From: Adineta vaga
Taxonomy: Eukaryota; Animalia; Rotifera
DNA: 64,000 nt
Direction of reading: 5' to 3'
NCBI GenBank assembly: GCA_021613535.1
Contig: CP075497.1
Location: 3,348,001-3,412,000 of the forward strand
Shown here: in pieces, positions 39,601 through 52,780 of the stretch
Layout of the letters: every line of letters begins with the position of its first letter
Numbering within the stretch: the stretch's first letter is position 1
Program-made: the position numbers and the translations under genes
Notes under the pieces: model-generated
Database searches by the model: none
What the model saw: only the letters and a program-made list of their open reading frames with translations
What the model was told of the DNA's origin: nothing

Positions 39601-40739
39601 AACACATCGTAAACAATTCAACTCATTCTTTTTCGAAGTAAGCATTAACATTACAAATATTTGTTGTCGAACATGATTATATTCCTATCTTAACTATCGA
39701 TCATTCACAATGAAAATGATGACAAGTGAACCTCTTCGACCAAGTTCAAAATTAACTCATGCACCTCAACCACCAATGCAATATGCAACATTAAATGCCT
39801 TACAATCAACTATTCCACTTAATCCTCCATTAACTAAATCAATTCTTAAACATTCACCACTGATTAAAGATTTACGTCAAATCAATGTATTAAATGAATT
39901 ATATCCTTTTTATGAGAGTCAAGCTCATGTTCAAGAAACAGTAGAAATTATTCCTCAACCTGTTTCTTATGAACGATTTTTTCATTCCTATATTGATGAT
40001 CATACTGATTTACGTTCACGTGAATATATTAAATTAGATCAAGGTGTTTATATTCGTTCCAATCATGAAGGTCAATTTTATAGTGATGAAAATATGACAA
40101 CATTATTTCATAATATTGAATATAATCATCGATTTAAATTAGATTTCTATTCTTCAACACTTTATATATTTCCGAAACAACGAAATGAAAAATTTATTTC
40201 CGAAATACGTTATATACCTGAACATATAACTATACGATATAAAACAACATTAGATTTATTATCATCGAATGAACATTTTTATGAAAATATTCAAGATGTT
40301 TATCAAATTTCTAAAGACATTTTTTATCGAATTTAACATTCTTTTTCAATAAATAAATCAATCTTTTTTGAAGATTAGGGATCATAGAATCAATCGATTT
40401 TTCTATCTTACCTTAATTATCTGATCATTTATATTGATTCCAGCTCGATGAGCAGCACCACCTTCACGTACACTTAATACATAAACAGGATTATCACCAG
40501 ATACTGTTAAACCATATCCAAAACGATCTCGTTGAATGATAACATTTTTTTGTTCGAGACCTAAATAATATACAACCATCTAGTTGTCGATTTAATCAAT
40601 AAGAAATCATTCATACCCGTTGGTAGATCAGGATCAGTAATATACGATGATATGCTAAATATTGAAAACAAAATCATTGATCATTTATTCGAAAAAAAAG
40701 AGATTTTTTCTTATTTCTTCTTTACCGTTCTTGTTCCAT
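26138..40739 (-). CDS. RhoGEF2: PDZ-RH(RGS-like)-C1-DH-PH Rho guanine nucleotide exchange factor (RhoGEF2 / ARHGEF11-12 family)
   Basis: PDZ split over three exons: VIIQRDRFGYGLTVSGDNPVYV...DQIIK|VNGTRVTHCTHIDVVNLIK|SGSYAQLT. RH region WIFEIHSTF, C1 domain HQF...CKVCLKILWGINYQGYLC, DH domain INELIHTERTHLKGL and CRRLTLKD, then a PH domain. ATG 40739, stop 26138-26140. More than 25 exons. Confidence 0.9.
34437..34466. repeat. (ATG/GAT)n trinucleotide microsatellite
   Basis: About 10 units just past the 34483 donor. It produces the spurious poly-Ile tail in the ORF track. Confidence 0.85.
34484..35624 (-). CDS. Probable alternative first coding exon of the RhoGEF (~380 aa S/T/P-rich)
   Basis: Long ATG-initiated ORF inside the 4.8-kb RhoGEF intron on the same strand. 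It ends in a phase-1 donor (AAT GCA G|gtaaaa at 34483) compatible with the phase-1 acceptor at about 33218. Confidence 0.65.
39710..40336 (+). CDS. Nested antisense intronless gene, uncharacterised (208 aa)
   Basis: Clean ATG-to-TAA ORF with coding-like composition and AATAAA at about 40348. Lies inside the RhoGEF intron between the PDZ exons (38051-40411). Confidence 0.7.
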   Translation: MKMMTSEPLRPSSKLTHAPQPPMQYATLNALQSTIPLNPPLTKSILKHSPLIKDLRQINVLNELYPFYESQAHVQETVEIIPQPVSYERFFHSYIDDHTDLRSREYIKLDQGVYIRSNHEGQFYSDENMTTLFHNIEYNHRFKLDFYSSTLYIFPKQRNEKFISEIRYIPEHITIRYKTTLDLLSSNEHFYENIQDVYQISKDIFYRI

Positions 40740-42162
40740 CTGGATATCAATCACCAGAAAAATAATGTTGATTCATCTAAAATTCGAGTTTCATAATAAA
40801 CAGGCGATATCTCAGTGAATTGATTGTTATTTCAAGAAGCAGATAGAATAAATAAACATAGAAAAACAAAAGAAAAAAGCTTTTGATACGCAAGAATATG
40901 CTTGGTATATCAAATGATAATGAAGAACTGCCAAGGCATCGTCTCAGTCATTCATTCTTTCTTCCTCTTCTTCACCTAACTAACCATTTCCATTGGTTAT
41001 TGACAACCATTTCATACTTTAATTACATCGGTCAATCCTTTGTAAATATTCTCATCATTTTATGAATATTGATGACATTTAAAAATAATAGATTTATATT
41101 GAAATGAAAGAAAAAAAGCATATTTTTTTCATTTTGTCGCTCTATAGTCATAAATAATCGGTCATGGCGCCCTCTACATAAAAAATCTTTCGTTTTTCTT
41201 TTCGATCTTTAGTTTTTTATAGACTCAAATAAAACCCTAATCGGTAAATATCTGATTGAAATAAGTCGAAAGATTTGTCGTCGTTAAACAAGTGATCGAT
41301 TAAATCTCATGAAGGTTTGTCTTAGTCGACTGCACACGTTATGGCCGATAGAAAATGAATAGAAGTTTGTACGTTGATACGTGCGTAATGTTTGATGAAC
41401 AGGTAAAAAAACGAAAGAAAACATCGAAAAATAGGTGGATGAAGTAGTTAATTAAAAAGCTCGCATTGTTTGCACGAGTAATTGATAGTTTAATGGAAGT
41501 CAAGTATTTCAACAGATGTGTTCGTTCTTTCTCTTAAAACGCAATAATAGGTAAAAAACCACAGTTTTTTCTCTCTTATAAAAAATAAGATAAAAAACTG
41601 TCATTGTGTATTGTTCTTATCTCTTCTTTTGTTTTCTTATTTGCTCGAGAGTTTTGTTTTAATCACGAATTCTATCGTACGCGCTTACACATATTTCTCG
41701 GTTCAACTTAGAGATGATTTCCATATTACCGAATCTATTTAAATTGAAATCCTATCGATTCGTTTCTTTTTTTTTCATACGAATAACGATGCCACATCGC
41801 CACAAAAGAAAACATAGACATACTTGATTCCGCTAACGAATTTTTCGAGAGAGAGTAAGAGAGAAAAAGAAACAACATACGCACGAAAAAAAACGACGAA
41901 GAAAAAACTTGAATTTCAGTTTTTTTTTGCTTCATGTCTTTCTTAAATGTGTTACAAAAAAACAGATTGTCCATTCGACAAATTTTTACTGTAAACTACA
42001 TAAATAAACACAAGTTCGTCTTTAATACACAAGCAAAAGACTTCTGTCTTATGCACCAGATGTTGAATAGTTTTCTCTTTTTATTTTACAGATGATTCAA
42101 AACAATTAAAAATGAAACCAATATAATTCATATTTTTTTCGAATTTTAATCATCATTCAATA

Positions 42163-45006
42163 ATGACCACTACTACATATCATCAGGTAATATCAATGAA
42201 AAATCAATTGTTAAATTATCGAATTATTGATTTCACATTAGACTCGTGTACCAAAGGTTCATCTTCCTGGAGATACAACTTATCAAGCACCATTTTCACG
42301 TACAAATTCACGTTACAAAAGTACTTTACAAGTTGTCACATCAGCTCGTGATCAGCAATCGTCAAATACTTATCGACGTCGACGTCCTGATTCAGAATCA
42401 ATGAATTCTAGTTCCTCATCGTATAATGTTACTTCAAATCATCGATCACAAAATTCACAACAACTTTCATCTCTTTCATATCAACCAACATATCCGATTT
42501 CTTTATCATCACGTTCAACAACATCAACATCATCATTATCAAATCGTCGATCAACAGTAACTGATGCAATACCATCATCAACATATTCATCCTGTATAAC
42601 TTATAATAATAATCGTTCAGTCAATTCAAATCCATCAGAAGATTTACAACGTATAAATTCATCTCAAGGTAAACGTTATTCAATTGATTCAACTAATGCT
42701 TCAATAAAATCTACAAATAATTCAACAAAAATTTCCAATCAATTAGTTATTATTCCTAAATCGAAATCTAGCCAATCGCTTGATAAAAATCATCATCATT
42801 TATCTTGTCCAGTTTCTTATCAAAATCAAATCAATCTTGGTACAATAACTATTCTCTCCGATTCAAGTTCGGATAATACAATTCTTCATCATCTTCCTGA
42901 TCATAATGAAACAACAGATAAATCTCAACAATCTTTACATGATGAACGTTTACATCATTCACCACGAAAACTAACCAATACTCATTTAGTTGCATCTCGA
43001 TTGCATTCGACATCATCCATTATTGATGAAACAAAGAAAAGTCAAATACCTTCACTTCGTTATACAATAGAACCGATTGAAATAACTGATGATTTAAATG
43101 ATGAAAATCAAATTGATTCGAAACAAAAAACGATTCGTGAAGAAAAAAAACGTAAAGCAAATGAAAATGAACAAGTTTTAATCAATGTTGATGAATATGC
43201 ATCTGAAATTTTAATGTATCTCAAAGAACGTGAAGTAAGATTTGTTTTTTCCAAATTTGTTCAATCAATAATTTCGATCATTTCTAGCATGCATCACGAC
43301 CGAAATCAAATTATATGCGTAAACAAACGGAATTAACATGGGATATGCGAGCAATCTTAATTGATTGGTTATCTGAAGTAGCAGATGAATATAAACTTTA
43401 TTCTGAAACACTTCATTTAGCTGTCAATTTTATTGATCGATTTCTTTCAAGAATGTCAGTGACAAAGTCCAAATTTCAATTAATTGGTACAACAGCACTT
43501 TATTTAGCAGCGTAAGAAAATTGCTCTTTTGTTCTTTATGACGAACAAATAAAAGAGAAACTTTGTTTATTTTTGTTTTAGCAAATGTGAAGAAGTTTAT
43601 CCACCAAATGCAGCTGAATTTGCTTATGTGACCGATAATGCATATACGAAAAAACAAGTTTTAAAAATCGAAGATCTCTTATTACAAACACTTCATTTTG
43701 AAGTATCAACTGTAACAACACACACATTCTTATTACATTATCTGAAATTAGCAGAAGTGGATGAAGTAACCGAAGATTTAGCAAGGGTAAGAAGAGAAAA
43801 AGAAAGAAAAATTATGACGTAGTTTTATTTCCGATAGAAGTTCAACCTTTTTACCTTTTCACCGAAAAATGAATCTCTCGATACTCAGATTTACAATGAA
43901 TCAACTAGAACATTGTTAGATATATTAAGTTTCTTTTGAAATGAAGATATTCCAATAATATAATTGCAAAACTCATTGATATCATTTAGCATTGATATGT
44001 AATAGAATATTTTCTTCGAAATTGATTCTATATCGAATACAAAAACATTTGAGAATGTTCAACATAGGATACAAAGATTAGTAGAAGCATCTTATACTAT
44101 CCGGAATTTTTCTCTAATGAACTTTCATATTTGATGAATTCATTTCTTTCCATACTCATGCTAATGATGAATGTATCCGTTAATCTGTACTAAGACAAAG
44201 TCAATGACGTACGCATGTACTCGTAATATAAAATAATATTCTTGTATGAAAGTTTGAGAAAAATGTAATTGTAGACTGTCATGTTTTGTTAGAAAGAGGT
44301 GTCTTTAGAAAGATATTATTTGACTTAACCTATTCTCTTTTTTGAAACAATTTACGATGTTAAACTTGATACTAATTTATAAAAAGTGACAGATTGACAA
44401 GAAATGACGTTAACATCGATCATATAATTATGTTAACAATACGATAATTATCGGCATTTCCGTTTCAATAGAAAAGAGTTTCTAATGAATTTTTTTTATT
44501 CCATTTTCTCTTTAAAAAAAGACAAATACTTGAAAGTTTTATTCGGAAGTTATGCTAAAAAAAGGTTGCATTTTATTTGAATTATGTAGGTGTCATTCTC
44601 TATTTGATTAATATTAATTTTAGTATATTGCTGAATTAACTCTTCTTGATCCGGAATGTCTTCAATATTTATCCAGTTTACAAGCAGCTGCTATACTTTG
44701 TCTTGCTCTTCACATGTGTCAAAAACCTCCTTGGGTAAAATTGTTTGAGTTTTGTTTTTGTGAATCAAATACATGGATCTTTCATTTTAGTCAGGTAAAT
44801 TAAAACGAACAACTGGTTATACGATTCAATCATTTTATTCCATTATGGAAAAGATTTTCTGGCTTGTTGCCAAAGCACATGTACATGATAAATGGGCAAT
44901 AACAAGAAAATATCGTCATGTCAAACATCACTGTGTTGCATCAATTGAATTACCATCCACTTTACCCTATCTTGATATGGATAATGACTGTAATTCAATA
45001 AAATAA
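42163..45006 (+). CDS. CycA: Cyclin A
   Basis: [72 protein letters not shown]|[21 protein letters not shown] and YIAELTLLD form a cyclin A box. Long Ser/Thr-rich N-terminus. One long intron, 43787-44622. Confidence 0.9.
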
Positions 45007-45807
45007 ATTCATCAACAATGTTGCCTCGAAACACTCGTTTGTTTGATTTCCGTCCATATTTTTCTTATTTGTGATTTTTTTTCCTCCTCTTCTAATGTGT
45101 GTCAATTATTTTGACATGGATTATTTTCTTTTCTTTTGCTTCAATGACTTTGTGTTTATTCTTAGAATAACACATTTCATTTAATTAATGAAAAAAACAA
45201 ACACTTTTTTTTGTATTGTGCTATGAAGAACTGAAATTCGTCTCTCATATATATATTTGTATCAATAGGCAATTTTCTCTTTCCATCTTTATCCTACAAA
45301 TATATTTAAAGGTCAACATATTTGTTTATTTTATGTCGTTATTGTAGATTAGATTGATAAATAATCTTTTTTTTCTCTCTTCAAGTGCACTTTCGTTTTC
45401 TTTTGTCGCCGTCCAAAAAGAGTTCGATTTTCTTTGCATTTTTACCTGTGAACAGTTGTATTTGGATTCTTTTTCTTTTTTCGTCTTAAACTAAAGAAGA
45501 AATAAGGACACATATATGCGTGCGTGTCGATCTATCTGCATGTTCTTCTTAATCGATTTCTAATGATCATGAGGTAAACGATTAGTTTGTCTTGCTTTCA
45601 TGATAGAATATAAGAAAAATGATTTAGTATTATCATTCCATGATCTAAGAAATTAAAATAAGTTCCGTTCCTCGATTAGATCCTATTTTTTCTTTTCAGT
45701 CAAAACGCTGCATGTAATCATACATAAAAAAAACAGATATAGAAGAGATAATCACCGGATATTTTTGAAGAAATTCAGTTTGTTTTTTACATCGACATGG
45801 TTTAATT

Positions 45808-47426
45808 TTAGGTATTATTTTGTTGACTCATAATGATCTGTTGTTGACGTAGTGTTCGACGTAAACTAGCTTGTTCTCGTAGTTTGAAAGATTTAGAATA
45901 ATCACGCATAGAACTATTTGGTGATGCTGACGTTACACCAACAGATTCATATTCATTCATATTTCCATATTGTTTTTCACTATAACAAGAATTCAATCCA
46001 CGTGATGCCGAATTGGTATTGTCTGAACGTGATGATGTTAAAGAAAAGAGACGCTTTAATTCACGACGAAAATTTCCTCCAAATAATACGTAGATTACGA
46101 TATTAATAGAATAACTTAAGTATGACATATAGTGAAAAAGAACATCGTATGAAGCAAAGTTGATCTCATTTAATGGGTTTTCATCCGATTGTGAACTACT
46201 TCTTGATTGTTTATATAGGAACATAAAACGAAGATAATAGGAAGGAAAATTTAATGAAAGACATGTTAATGATATTGCTAAAAGCATTTTCGTTAGACGT
46301 AGTTCTGTTAAGACATGTCGATGTGCTGATTCATTACGTCGTGATGTTGGATTTTGTTTTGCTCGTATGCTTGATGTCGTTATGATTGTTTGTGCTGATT
46401 TTTGAGTGTCATTCGATGAATTATTAATATTCGTCGGTGAAGATTCCGAATTCGTAAATGTTCGATATAGACATGATGCAGATTGTGTTGTATTTGTACG
46501 AAACGGACGTATTATACGTTGTGAACGATATAAAAGAGGACTGATTTGTGGAAGAGTCGGCGATGACGGTGATGGCGAGAGAGGATTTTTAGGTGATGCT
46601 GTTGGTTTTGATGTCCAATTGGATGTACGACGACATTGATATCTTGATCCATTTTCAAAGACATGTTGACGAAAGGTTTTGGAACAAAATAATTTATTAA
46701 TAATCAATATATTTAATATTGAAACGAGAATAAATGGTAAAAACATAGTCATGATTGTATCAATCAGATTAACATTCGTTAAATAACGTTCATAACCATC
46801 TTTTTCTCGACATTGTCCTCGATCATCAACTTCAGAAACGAAAAATGCTGGATGAATATAACAGAGAAATGCTGGAATAATAATAATGAAAATCACTGTA
46901 CGAGATACATTGGGTGTGCATTGAGACATATGTTTTAATGGGAAATTAACAGCAAAAAAACGTTCTGCTGTGAAACCAAGCACCATCCAAATGTGTACAA
47001 ATGAAGCAACAAAGGAAATATATGTTTGTAGATAACAAATAAAATGTAGTTTCCGATATAGATTAGCTGTAAAAGCCGTATGAATCATAGCCGGTAAGAG
47101 ATCAAGAAGAAAGAAAACATCAATCAATGCCAATGTAAATAAATAGGCCGATGAACGGATACGTCTATAGAATCATTGATGTATTTATTAAATAAGAACT
47201 AGTTTGCTTTTCTTTTTTTTTACCTGAGTGATTTAGTTAGAAAAACAATTGCACATATAATATTTCCAAAAACACCAAGTATAACCAAAGATGCAACATA
47301 AATAACATGAGCATATCGTATGAATAGATTTTTACCATTGGATGCTGCTGCTGATAATATTGTTTGATTTATTAATAAAGGTAAAGTTGATGATGTTAGA
47401 TTATATTGATTCATATTTTCTTTCAT
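45808..47426 (-). CDS. Class A (rhodopsin-like) peptide GPCR, FMRFamide/TRH-receptor-like
   Basis: GVFGN (TM1), LALID (TM2), C at the top of TM3, ERFFAVNFP, TM5 LPF...LN, long ICL3, TM6 LNFP, TM7 YSINIVIY..GGNFR. One intron, 47165-47223. Confidence 0.9.
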
Positions 47427-49136
47427 TCAATTTTTAATGAGTAATAATTATTTAATATTGAATGAATGAATGAATAAATTTTGAATGACCTTTCATTGAT
47501 GTCATTACTTACTTGTTTATTCGAGTACAATGATTCAATCAAATGATAGTATGAATGTCAAAAATTTTCTAAATAGCAAACAAAATGGAATTAACTTTAT
47601 CAACAAAAGAAGAATCATGACATTCTTCATCGAAATATTCTATAAAATACATCACTACTACTAATATCTCTCTTTCTTTCTTCTTTTTATTTCTGCATTT
47701 TTTTTCCATAAGAGACTTAGATTTTCTTTTCTCGTCGTAGTTGTCATTCTCGTCTTTCTCTTCTTTGATTTCTCGAGTTCTCTCGTTGTCACTGTAGATA
47801 TTTATATCATTCGAAGACATTATCAATAGTAGACGGAATAGAGAGAAAAGAAAAGATGAATGAAAGGTAATTGTCAAAAGCGAAAACAAAGTAAAAAAAT
47901 CTCAACAAACAATTTATCTTCAATTGGCTGGTCTTAGTTTTTACAAATCTGCAGTCTCTTTCGAACGGATCAATAGAAAAAAAAACATGAATGGAATCAA
48001 ATACGAATTCTCTACAGGTAAACCTAGAAAGATGACGAAGATCGATTTCACGATAAAAAATTCCTATTCGCATTCAATAATGCATGATTGACCTTCAAGA
48101 AAGTAACTAATCAATATTCATTCATCCATCTTCTCTTGTCAAAGTAATAATCTTTAGCCATCGTCGACTACAAAATCCCGCTAGAAAATTTCAAATTCAA
48201 GACATCTTAAAAAACAAAAACATCTTGATGAGTATTTGTTGCTTTTCTTCATAGACGTGTATTTGTTTTTATTCCACAGATTAGTATGCACACGACATTC
48301 TCATTTCTTTTTATTTTTTCTATAATATTATGAAAAGAAAAAAACAAAAGAACTAATTAGACTTTAGCTGACGGTAAGATATCATCTGTAATGATGAAGA
48401 AAAGAAAAATATCAGCTTATAGAAGAAAATACGAGGAACGATTGGAAGATCACGAAAAGAAAAATGTATATATATGTGTAAGAGATTCTGTTTATACTAA
48501 AGAACCTTCATCTATCAGGGGAAGTAATGTTCATTTACATTTTTTCTTCATTCTGTTAGTTCGAAGTTATAAGATGAGAATTTGATGGTTTTTTTCGTTA
48601 TTATTATTTAATATTCACGAATGAAATTCTATATTCTTACAGAAATACTCTGTTGGCAGACGAATCAACATACGTATGGAGATTATCACTTCAGATTTTG
48701 TTTATTATTAGTGCGTGATATTAAAATAGACTTCAAGGACATAAATAAAGATTTATCACATGTATCCTATTATGATAAGTCCAATTAAATGAAAAGAAAA
48801 CTAAACAAAGATTTGAAAACATGCTATTACAATCTTGTTTATTAGCGATCAAGTTTTAAGTATCTAATTATTCATCAACATATAGATTTGAAATTTCCGA
48901 TCGATTTCATTTTCTTTTCCTTTTTTTTGGTTTTTCTATGAAAAAAAGTTCATTTGATAAACGAGATGATTATTGAAGGAATATTTTATTTTCTTCTGAA
49001 AAATCTTCTTTTAACGGATATTAATGTATTCATTTCTTTCTTTCCTGACTAATTTATTTTCTAATGGGTTTATCCTGTGGCAATTCGTCATTATAATAAG
49101 AAGATAAGAAAGAAAATGTAATTGATACAGAACAAC

Positions 49137-49699
49137 TTATATGATGATGTAGAGTAAAATTTGAATAATAAACCACGAAGAAATCGTAGATGATTGAAAG
49201 AGACTTTGTACATGATTACAACGAGTATGATAACAACAAAATGTTTCTTCCCATCCTGGATAATTTGGATTTTGTGATAAACGACGATTTGATTGACATA
49301 TCATTGAAGCATTCATTGAATGTTTTATTGCTCCACGATATGTATTTTGATATTCATATTTATTATTATAATAATTCGTTTTCTATAATGAAATTTTTCC
49401 GTACTGATAAATAAGAATCTGTCAAAATTATCTTACGCACGAAACAACTAATGATTGATTCCATTAACAGATTATTACTAGAGCTAACGGCAATATTTTT
49501 CATTTGTTCATGGTATTTAATATTATTACTAAATATAGATTTCAATGGAAATGGTTGAGGACAATAGTATCCTTGTTCATCATTGCAATAGTAACATTCT
49601 AATGTCTGAACTGAATTACTATTATACCAAACTACAACAAGTAATTCTATTTAAATCAGTAATATAAAACTTACGAAGAATCAACAGTAGTTTCAACAT
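49137..49699 (-). CDS. Ly6/uPAR (three-finger, quiver/sleepless-like) GPI-anchored protein
   Basis: Three exons, not in the ORF track: MLKLLLILL|WYNSNSVQTLECYYCNDEQGYYCPQPF...SCF|KT...YRGA...IC...FCCYHTRCN, then hydrophobic tail SWFIIQILLYIII*. Signal peptide, LxCYxC start and CCxxxxCN end are diagnostic. Confidence 0.8.
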
Positions 49700-51982
49700 C
49701 GACTAGGAATACTTCTATTCTATGTTTTAATTAAATAAATCATTGGCGCAAAAGGATCTGTTGAATACTTTAACAAGTAAAAGTAACTTTTTCTAGGAAG
49801 GAAGAATTTCAATTCCACAACCTTTGATAATTACGAAGACAGATAGTTCACAAAAAAGCAATCGAAGCGAATCTTAATCAGCTTTTGTTACATTTCAATC
49901 TTTACGTAATTATAAGCAGCTCAAATGAAGACATCATTCATAAATACTCAGCTAAAAAGAAAATAATCGCTTTTTAGTGAGGAAAATATTCAATAGAAGT
50001 TTCTTAGACGATCCCAACTAGTTGATACATCGACATTTCAGTTCTTATTCATTGTCTACAGAATAGATGTGGGATGTAAGTGAATGATACTATTGAGATC
50101 ATAGGTCTATTTTATTAGTTCAAGAAAATATTCAAAAATAGATATTTCATTAAGAATTTTACAGAATAGTAAGAAGTAGACAGATATTTCTAATAAAGTA
50201 ATACAATAATTACCTGAACTGGGAACTTGTTCTTTATGTAGAAGTGTTTCTTCTAAAAACACTCGTTGTATTCAAGTCCTATTTGCGTTGTACTTCTTCT
50301 TTCAATAAAGTTTCTTCTATTTAAGGTTCACAATAGTATAGGAATTTGCGATAATAAAAGTATTGCTCATTACAAATGCTCGATAAATCATTTGTAGCAA
50401 TTGAAATGATTGATCACAAGTAATAAACTTATTTAGTCGGTCATTTATGAGTGAAAAATAACTAATATATACATCGAGTCTCCTTCTACAAATACTTACT
50501 GCTTGTCATCATTTTCCTCTTATTATTATTATTATATTTTCTCGATGATGAATGAGATGTCTTATGCAATTCTATGGATAGTTTCATCGTACATAACTCA
50601 ACATATATTCTGACAAGATAGAAAAACGACAACGACAACAACAAGTTAATTTATATCTACAAGTAATGAAAAATGATGGTTCTCATACCAGCTGCTAGTG
50701 ATTTACTTTTCATCGTATAATCTATTCAATAAATCAGTCATGTGAATATTGACATTGTATGAATATGGAAAATCTTTTTTGACATAAAAAGCGAAACTCT
50801 TGTTATTTAGCAATCGACGAAGAAAAAGAAACTGTCATCTTTGCCTATTCAAAAAGCTGGATAATATTGTCTAGTTTTGCAAAAACATGATCCTTCATCG
50901 GCAATGATTTTCTCACCTATTGAAATAACAATATCCTGAAACTTATGAATAGGCGAAATTATCTTTTTATTAATAATAAAGAATCTAATGAGCGAAATGG
51001 AATGATGTGCTAATTTATCCTTCATATATATATATATAATTACTTTTTTTCAAAAAGGTGTTACTACATGAGAATTAATAAAAAAATATTAAATTTTCTC
51101 AATTTAATCTTTTCGTGGCTGTTCAATTAGAAACTGGAAGAAAAGCATAGGAAGACGTCTCGTTGATAAAGTTAAAGAGAAACATTTCTAACAATCAGTT
51201 TATCATTCAAAAGACATTTTTGTTTTAGCAAAAGAATGCGGTTGACATAGGTAACATAATTTCACATGTAACACTTACCAAATATTTTCATATCCTTGAT
51301 CACTAAAAATGTATAATGCAAAAAAGTAAATTTTATTATCAACTGACTACAATTTGATTTTCGATGAAAAAGAGAAACATTTTATAGAATATAATCATCA
51401 ACGTAGTATTCGAACAAAAGATGTACCTAGATAAAAAAACAACGACGGAAAACAGTTACGATGAATGTTTCATTTGCGACAATTATATTTGTAAGAATTA
51501 AGGAAGAGATTAAGAACACTTATGTGAATATTCTTTTGTTCGATACGAATATCATTATTTTATTCTTGTTGAAATCAGAACTGTCTTTTGGCGGCATTAT
51601 TTCAAAACAAATCACGAATCTCTGTCTTTACGATCAACAGGAAACAACTACCAATGATATTGAACATCATCGATTGATCGAGATAGATCACTATTGAGAT
51701 TTTATGCAACCACGGAAAGACAGAATGAATAGTTGCTATTGATTAAAACAATTTCTCTGTATTTTTTCTTGTATTCTTATCATACTTATCAAAAGGCGAT
51801 ACAGTACGCGATTTGATAAAGAAAAGTTTGCCATGAAATGTCAATCAATGTCAATCGGATGTCTTGAAAATGACAGCATTTGTTTTTACAAAACAGGTCA
51901 GAGATACACATCTTACAAAATAATTCAACTATATCTTCTCCAAAATATCGCCTTTAGTTTCTCGTTCAAGTCACCTTCAGAC

Positions 51983-52072
51983 CATGGGATTTAGTGGAAA
52001 ATGTCAAGAAAAAGTCCGTATATGAATATTTTCTTTATCGTTTTTCGACATTTTTCACTAAATCTATCCATG
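51983..52072 (+). repeat. Inverted repeat / hairpin (24-bp stem, 29-nt loop)
   Basis: 51988-52011 pairs with 52041-52064: 21 Watson-Crick pairs, 2 G-U and 1 mismatch on the + strand. Confidence 0.7.
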
Positions 52073-52167
52073 TTTTGTCATTATTTTGAATATAACACAA
52101 TAAGAACAATCTTATAAAATGTATTCTTATTAATAGATTTTATTATTCAGACATCGATAATAAAAGT

Positions 52168-52330
52168 ACTGCGGGGGAAAAGGTGCGTACCCGAAAAAGG
52201 TGTTTCTTCTCTGAAAAATGCATTAAAATTTGAATAAACAAAACTTTCCTTCAGTTAATTTCGTTTTATACATTATGTAGAATGCAGAAGGGTGGCTAGA
52301 GGCTGTGAAAAATGAGTAAATCTGTAAGAT
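52168..52330. mobile_element. Possible Tc1/mariner-type or MITE terminal fragment
   Basis: TA followed by CTGCGGGGGAAAAGGTGCGTACCC, a GC-rich patch resembling Tc1-like termini. No partner TIR found. Confidence 0.25.
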
Positions 52331-52780
52331 AATGAATATTTTCAATGATAAAATTCAGGATCCTAAAAATAAACGGCAATAGTCATCAATAGAATATCTT
52401 CATCTGATTGAAAGAATAACAAACAATTTAGTATTCAAATTGGTGGATGTGACGTTAAGAATGTCTATGGTTTAAAAAAAATGGAAGAAAAGAGAAGAAT
52501 AAATTCTTGTTATTGTGTTTGTAACCATCACCATACATTATTGATGAGTTTAAAAAATAATATTCATATTGTTATTCAATTCAATTGAGTTCTTCTTTGA
52601 GAAAACATTTCTAACGATCAAATCAGCGAAAATATTGATCTTGAACGATTTCACAGTTGTTATTACACGTGTGTATTTGGATAATATTTGTTTATCATTA
52701 GAAAACATTTCTTTTTCTTTTTCTTTTTCAAAAAGATTTATATATTCAATCATTTGTCTCCGAAAAAGAATTTAGCGAAC

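Noticed and set aside
41165-41180. GGCGCCCTCTAC CTCF-like core between RhoGEF and cyclin A
   Set aside because: Only a partial match; cannot be separated from chance.
50210-50325. Exon-like minus-strand stretch with a repeated EETLL peptide
   Set aside because: Contains a stop and has no partner exons.
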